A DNA stretch of 64,000 nucleotides from TPA_inf: Saccharomyces. Taxonomy: Eukaryota. The position numbers were made by a program, and so were the translations under genes. Under the pieces are notes generated by a model, which saw only the letters and a program-made list of their open reading frames with translations, had not been told where the DNA came from and did not search any database. This document shows positions 58,416 to 64,000 of this stretch, one piece after another. The number at the start of each line of letters is the position of its first letter. The first letter of the stretch is position 1. The stretch is taken from positions 375,889-439,888 of the forward strand of contig BK006942.2 of NCBI GenBank assembly GCA_000146045.2. The letters are read 5' to 3'.

Positions 58416-59384
58416 AGACATGCCTTTACGAATGAGATTCCATAGACATTGAAAGTAACGAAAAAATGAAATAAAAAATGCTTTCAATATAAATACAGCT
58501 GATTACATATAAACATATATTAATATTATAAATTCATTTGCTTTCACGAACTACCGGCTGGGCGTCAATATAATAGGGAACGCATAGTTGCTCTTTTATC
58601 TTTCTCACAACTAGGGGTTTTTTTATGTGAGCTGTACGGAATAGGCCAGTTTTACAACAGGATTCGTAGATCAGAATCCGTTCAAGCTATTCACCTGTTA
58701 CAGCAGTAGAGTTGCTCTTGTCTTGACCCGTGAATATTAAATACTGTAGAACCAGAACGGATACTTGAATATATTCAACGATGGGAAAATAAAAAGACAT
58801 ATAAGAAAAATGTGCTAGTACGGTAAGGAGGATACTGAAAAGAAAAGGAAAATATAGTTTAAAATAGTAAAGATAACCCACTTTCGTTATGGGTTTAGTG
58901 AGGGTTGGTAACGAACCGTAGCGCGGTGTAGTATGCTGTGAATAATTGTACTTTAGCATAGTTAACATTACAATCTTTGTACGTTTATATAACAAATATG
59001 ATAGAGTATGAGAAAAATTAAATGATACATTTTGAGGTTAAGGTTGAAACTATTATATGGAAGAAAGGTGGAATATAGTTAGGGCCAAAATGACACTATA
59101 AATGACATGATGTGAGCCTTAGTAAGGTGAGAGCTACGCTTCCTGGTTTAAATCAAAACCGAGAGCCCAAAATATTATCGGTATCGACGTAACATTTCAA
59201 TGTCATTCAAGCTTAAAGGAGATCAGCGCAAATGCGTGAAGTCTTAGTCATTGTAAATGCGATTTTTCTTTGTTGAAGGTGAAGTCGGAAAATTCACATG
59301 ACTGCAAAAAAATCCTAGTCTACAGTATGGTAACCAAAAAATGCTATATATACATATGTCCTGCATGAAAGAGAGGGCGAGTTT

Positions 59385-60095
59385 TCAGTTTGACAAGCTT
59401 TCTCTTATTGCTGCTATTCCTCTCTTTTGTTTGCCATTTTCAAAATTTGTTTTGTCTAACCATTCTTCAAAGGTTTTACGAATGCGTAACCATTCTTTAT
59501 CGATTATTGAAAACCATTGAGTGTCGCGAGTGCGACCCTTATATACCACCACTTGTCGAAACGTGCCTTCATACTTAAAGCCTAAGCGCATCGCTGCCCT
59601 CCTTGACGGCCCATTTAAACTATCACACTTCCACTCATATCTCCTGTATTGAAGATCATCAAATACATACTTCATTAACAGAAATTGAGCTTCAGTTGCA
59701 ATAATCGTCTTCTGTAATTCTGGTGAAAAAACAACATATCCAACTTCTAGTGAACCGTTGGCTTCATCGATTCTTATTAAGCACAATGTACCAACGGCAC
59801 GTTCAGTCTCTTTATTAATAATTGCGAAAGGCACAGTATCTTTAGTTTCATTGAGTTCCTTAATGAATTCTAGATATTCCTCCAAGTTAGTGAATGGTCC
59901 CGCAGGTAAATACGTCCATAATTTTTGGCCTGCCTCACTATAGGCACTAAAAAGTTCCGAACCATGTCTTTCTCTATCTAGAGGTTCTAGTCTGCAAGTG
60001 TTACCTTTCAATACAACTTTCTCTGGGAAGGCCCTTGTTGTCCAACCTTCGACGTCAGCACCAACTTCTTGCCCAAATATATTTAAATTCGCCAT
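59385..60095 (-). CDS. GNAT-family N-acetyltransferase of unknown function (RimJ/RimL-like), YIR042C
   Basis: 236 aa. Has GNAT motifs A/B ([19 protein letters not shown]...[10 protein letters not shown]). Confidence 0.8.
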
Positions 60096-60190
60096 AATTG
60101 TTTCTACTGAAGGGCATTATTTCCAGGTTCAGAGGCGGGAAAATTCTTGCAAGGCGTCCTCCCATGCTATTTTTATATCATTGTTGATTG

Positions 60191-60223
60191 TTTATCAACC
60201 TCTTATCAACCTCCTATCAACCT
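60191..60223. promoter_or_regulatory. Three tandem roughly 11-bp repeats (TTATCAACCTC) giving GATAA/GATAG sites, followed by a TATA box, in the YIR042C promoter
   Basis: tttatcaacctc-ttatcaacctc-ctatcaacct is seen directly. In the gene orientation it reads GGTTGATAG-GAGGTTGATAAG-AGGTTGATAAA followed by TATAAAAATA. Confidence 0.7.
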
Positions 60224-61154
60224 TTGAAGAATGGCTCAAAAAAAAAACAACCTTCCATTATGAACCAATAAACAGAGCAAATATCACGTGCACAAAGAAC
60301 TACGAACTTTTTGACTTTCACACTGGCGATGATCCAAGACGTATTACAGTACAAGAGATCTGCTTTATTGTAAGCCCAGTAAACAGCTTCTTATAGACTC
60401 TGCAAATATAGGTACAGAGTTTGCATAATTTTCTAATATACACTTATGCCTTATGATAATCCCAATTTTGAGAAGGAGACAAATTCAGCGAGTGGCGTAT
60501 AAGTGCGTGCGCTATTGAAACAAATCTCACATAAATGTGTTTATGATCAGCAATAACCTTATCGATGCAACAGAAAATGTGATTCGCGAAATTTGCATCT
60601 TTCTTTTCAAAAAATATTTCAAAAACAAATTGCCAAGAGATGATGAAAACAAATCACTCAATTCAAGTTAAATAAGAACTCGTGTATATATAGAAAATAT
60701 GAGGAAATGTACTCCATTTCAACTGCTTGACTTTAAAATGATGCTGGCTCATGAGAAGCCTCCAAGAAATAATATCGGTGTTACTATTCCAATACTTTCG
60801 ATCCGCTCTGTGCTAAATAGGCAAACTCAAAAGTAATAAATACATACACATATTACGGAGATTTGTGCCTTTAAGGAATATAAATTATAATTATCTGCTA
60901 GTTTACATTTTAATGGCTCCAAACATTTATTTTCTAGAAGTGCTCCTTAATAAACAATAATCTTAAAAGAATAATTATGGAGCGTGTCCGGTTGTAATTA
61001 ATACTCAGTAATTATATATAATTTGAGAATTATGCTCGTGTGCATTTTCTTCCAATATATTATACTCTGAACCATGTCGTGCTGTGTGCATAAAATTGCT
61101 CGATGAAAATCTTAACCCACCTTTTAGGTTGAAAAAAACATGTTCACTTTTTCA

Positions 61155-62291
61155 CTAAAGACTTGTTACCACGGATTGTGCTTCTTTAACGTATGGCCAT
61201 AGCTCAACGTTCAACGAAGCAAACCACATAGTTTTTTTTAAAGATAAAAGGCGATAGAAAAAGCAGCTAAAAAACCATTCACAGTCAAGTCCATCGTAGA
61301 AAAACTCTTCATTATTCCAGACTTTTTTCTCAAACAAATACCTATTCATTTTCTTTGCAATTTCGTCCCATCCATTCGCACCGCTTTCTTGCTCATTTAT
61401 AATAGTTGACAAGAACTGCATCTTGTGTTCCATTTTAACGGATAAAACAATCATTCCCATATTTTGGAAATCTCTCGTCATGATAAAAAACATTACTACC
61501 GGAAACAAGAAACGTGATATAAGGTCAACATTTCCAGACGTGTAGACAATTAAAAAATAATAAAGGAAGACTTGTAAACACCGCAGCTTGAAAATCCTTT
61601 TAAGAATCCAGGTAAGCTTAAATCGGTAAGCTTCTTTGGGAAGTTTAGCATCTTCTAGGCCAACAGGGCTCCATGATTTTTCAGTATTAAACAACTTCCA
61701 TTGTTTTTCAACTTCTGTAAAATAAACTCCCAATGCTTCTTCAATGTAAGAGACGGAATCCTTAAATGACTTAACCTTGGCAGCTTCGTCTTTTTTCAAA
61801 GAGAAGGGTTCGAGAAGGGTTGTTCTGAACGCTTCTTGGCAGCCCATGGCATTGAAGAAAAAGTACCTAGTATTCCAAGCCTTATTTTCATATAAGTACG
61901 AATTTAGATTTGCTGCAACGATTTCCCAATTATGAGTATCCAAACTTGGTGCGTTTTTAGTAATATCTTTGCAAAACTGAGTGAGTTGTTTCGATAAGGA
62001 GCGCTTACGAGAAGGTTCACGAATAACAAGGAGAAATATTGGTCCCAAAACCAGGACAAGAAGTGAAACTATAAATTGGTAAACCCAATTGTTGGAAAGT
62101 TTCCATCAGATGCTAAGTGGTAGCCATAATAGCATCCAGATGCGAAACGCTAAAGACTTGTAAATTTCATAACAAAACCAGGTCAATTCGTTTCGGAAAA
62201 CATCCTGGGGTAAAACAGTCTTTTGGGATTCGAGCTGTTTGAAGGATAACACATCTACGCTTTTCTCATCTTTGACTTCATTCTCTTTCAT
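61155..62291 (-). pseudogene. COS (DUP380) family pseudogene interrupted by frameshift/stop (YIR043C + YIR044C fragments)
   Basis: The 61-aa ORF MKENEVKDEKSVDVLSFKQLESQK... is the COS N-terminus. The 297-aa ORF is the COS body but lacks continuity. The break lies near 62049..62105. Confidence 0.8.
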
Positions 62292-63099
62292 TTGGTAGTG
62301 AGATGGCAGTTCGAGGTTTTTTTATTCAAAGTAATAACTTCTTCCTTTTCGCTTTTATGTAGCAGAAAAAAAAGCCGCCGAAGCGCGCGCGTTCGTGCAA
62401 TCTCATGATAGAAAAAGGGCAACAATGTTGGGCTATTTTAGACAAAGAAACTCAGCTATTCGAAAAGGGCATCCATTTCATTTCCGGTTTTCTATCTAAG
62501 TTACTCGATAGTCGTAATAATACTTTTATAAAACTTTAATGCGGGTACTTTGAGAGCGTGTCATAACTTTGGCTTACGTTTTAAGGTGCGACCGGCAATG
62601 TCACTGCTCGCACAGCAGTTGCCGCCTGAAATGAAACACATATTTAAGCGTAGATTGCCTGTGAGAAAACTGTGTAAACATATAGTAGAAAATAGACGTA
62701 GCTGTCACAAATATTTACACGGGAAAGAGTCTGGCCTACGAGTATCTTACATGAAGATTCATAGAACCAATTTATTTCCCTATATTGATAACCTTTCGAT
62801 ACCATTTTAATGCCTTCTCCTTATGTTTGTTGTCACTGTAAAACGGATCAAAGCAAAAACTTAGAGGTATGGTGGTACTCAGATCATGCATGACCTCTGG
62901 GTAATTACCACTTCTCCCGCTTGTTTTGAGATTCTGTATATAAATATTGCAAACAAAAGGATAGAGCGCAAATGACAGACCTTATAGTATAAATTGTTCG
63001 TTTAATCATGCGTCAGTGTGAGATTCCATGACAATAGTATGGGAAGATAGGGCGAAGTGAAAATATCTGTATGACTATAGAGTGCAGTTATATTACAAT

Positions 63100-63926
63100 A
63101 TATTAAATAGAGCATAGTGGTACGACGATATTAAGGAACTTTTACATTAATGACGTCATGGTAGTGCTCATACTTCAAGTCAAAGTGTTTATTTCGTAAA
63201 GTTGAAAGGTAAAATATTTTTATGTTTAGGTGATTTTAGTGGTAATTTTTCTGTAATATTGACATAAGTTTATAAAAATTGAGTGGTTAGTATATGGCGT
63301 AAAAGTGGTATAATGTATGCATTAAGAGCAGTTATACAATATTTGGAGCCGCTGAATGAGATATAGATATTAAAATGTGGATAATCGTGAGCTTTATGGG
63401 TAAATGGCACAGGGTATAGACCGCTGAGGCAAGTACCGTGCACAATGATGTGAGTGCATTTGTACTGATTTAGTGAGAGATGGGCCATGGAGTGGAGTGG
63501 AATGTGAGAGTAGGGTAAGTTTGAGAGTGGTATATACTGTAGCATCCGTGTGCGTATGCCCTATCAGTATACAATTAAAGGTGAGTATGGCATGTGGTGG
63601 TGGGATTAGAGTGGTAGGGTAAGTATGTGTGTATTATTTACGATCATTTGTTAACGTTTCAATATGGTGGGTAGAACAACAGTATAGTGAGTAGCAGATG
63701 GTGGATGGTAGGGTAATGGTAGGGTAAGTGGCAGTGGGGTTGGATATGGGTAATTGGAGGGTAACGGTTATGGTGGACGGTGGGTTGGTGGTAGTACGTA
63801 GAGAGATGGATTGTGGTTCGGAGTGGTATGGTTGAATGGAACAGGGTAACAAGTGGGGAGGAAGGGTAATGGAGGGTAAGTTGAGAGACAGGATGGTTAG
63901 GGTTAAAGTAGGGTAGTGTTAGGGTA
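63100..63926. repeat. Subtelomeric X element: core X plus combinatorial STR repeats with TTAGGG Tbf1 sites
   Basis: There is an ARS consensus TTTTATGTTTA at 63217..63227 and an Abf1-like ATCATTTGTTAACG at about 63643. A G-rich repeat block with GGTTAGGG/GTAGGG motifs spans 63590..63926. Boundaries are approximate. Confidence 0.6.
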
Positions 63927-64000
63927 GTGTGGTGTGTGGGTGTGGGTGTGGATGTGGTGTGGATGTGGTGTGGGTGTGGATGTGGGTGTGGTGTGTGTGT
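63927..64000 (+). repeat. Telomeric TG1-3 repeats (TEL09R), G-strand 5'->3' toward the end
   Basis: Irregular (TG)1-3 G2-3 repeats run to the last base of the window. Confidence 0.9.

Noticed and set aside
62550-62810. 86-aa + strand ORF between the COS pseudogene and the X element
   Set aside because: Basic and low-complexity, with no homology. It lies in subtelomeric junk adjacent to the X core.

Overview
This window is almost certainly the right-arm end of Saccharomyces cerevisiae chromosome IX, running from the interior of DSN1 to the TG1-3 telomere (TEL09R). I identified it by reading the six-frame translations and recognising the gene order and exact protein lengths: STS1 319 aa, GAT4 121 aa, RPR2 144 aa, YAP5 245 aa, FLO11 1367 aa, the DAL1-DAL4-DAL2-DCG1-DAL7-DAL3 allantoin cluster, MGA2 1113 aa, LYS1, YIR035C/IRC24, HYR1, GTT1, YPS6, PAU15, YIR042C, a COS pseudogene, an X element and terminal telomeric repeats. 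No search was run; the locus identification and the relative coordinates (window position 1 is about chrIX 375,889 in S288C) are recollection and should be confirmed by alignment.

The main biological systems here are already known:
- the subtelomeric DAL metabolic gene cluster, with DAL81 nearby;
- the FLO11 adhesin locus with its very large non-coding flanks and the ICR1/PWR1 ncRNA toggle.

I found no convincing novel protein-coding system. The less-described signals I flag are:
- a tandem GATA-repeat, NCR-type promoter on the orphan GNAT acetyltransferase YIR042C;
- a cluster of three perfect palindromes about 1 kb 3' of FLO11;
- a recurring AAAGNNTAATTT motif, five copies, in the FLO11 promoter;
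- three STRE elements plus one YRE upstream of GTT1, inside a redox/detox gene neighbourhood;
- two unusually large ORF-free regions (4.2 kb and 6 kb);
- several sequence-visible transcription-factor sites in the MET28, LYS1 and DAL7 promoters.
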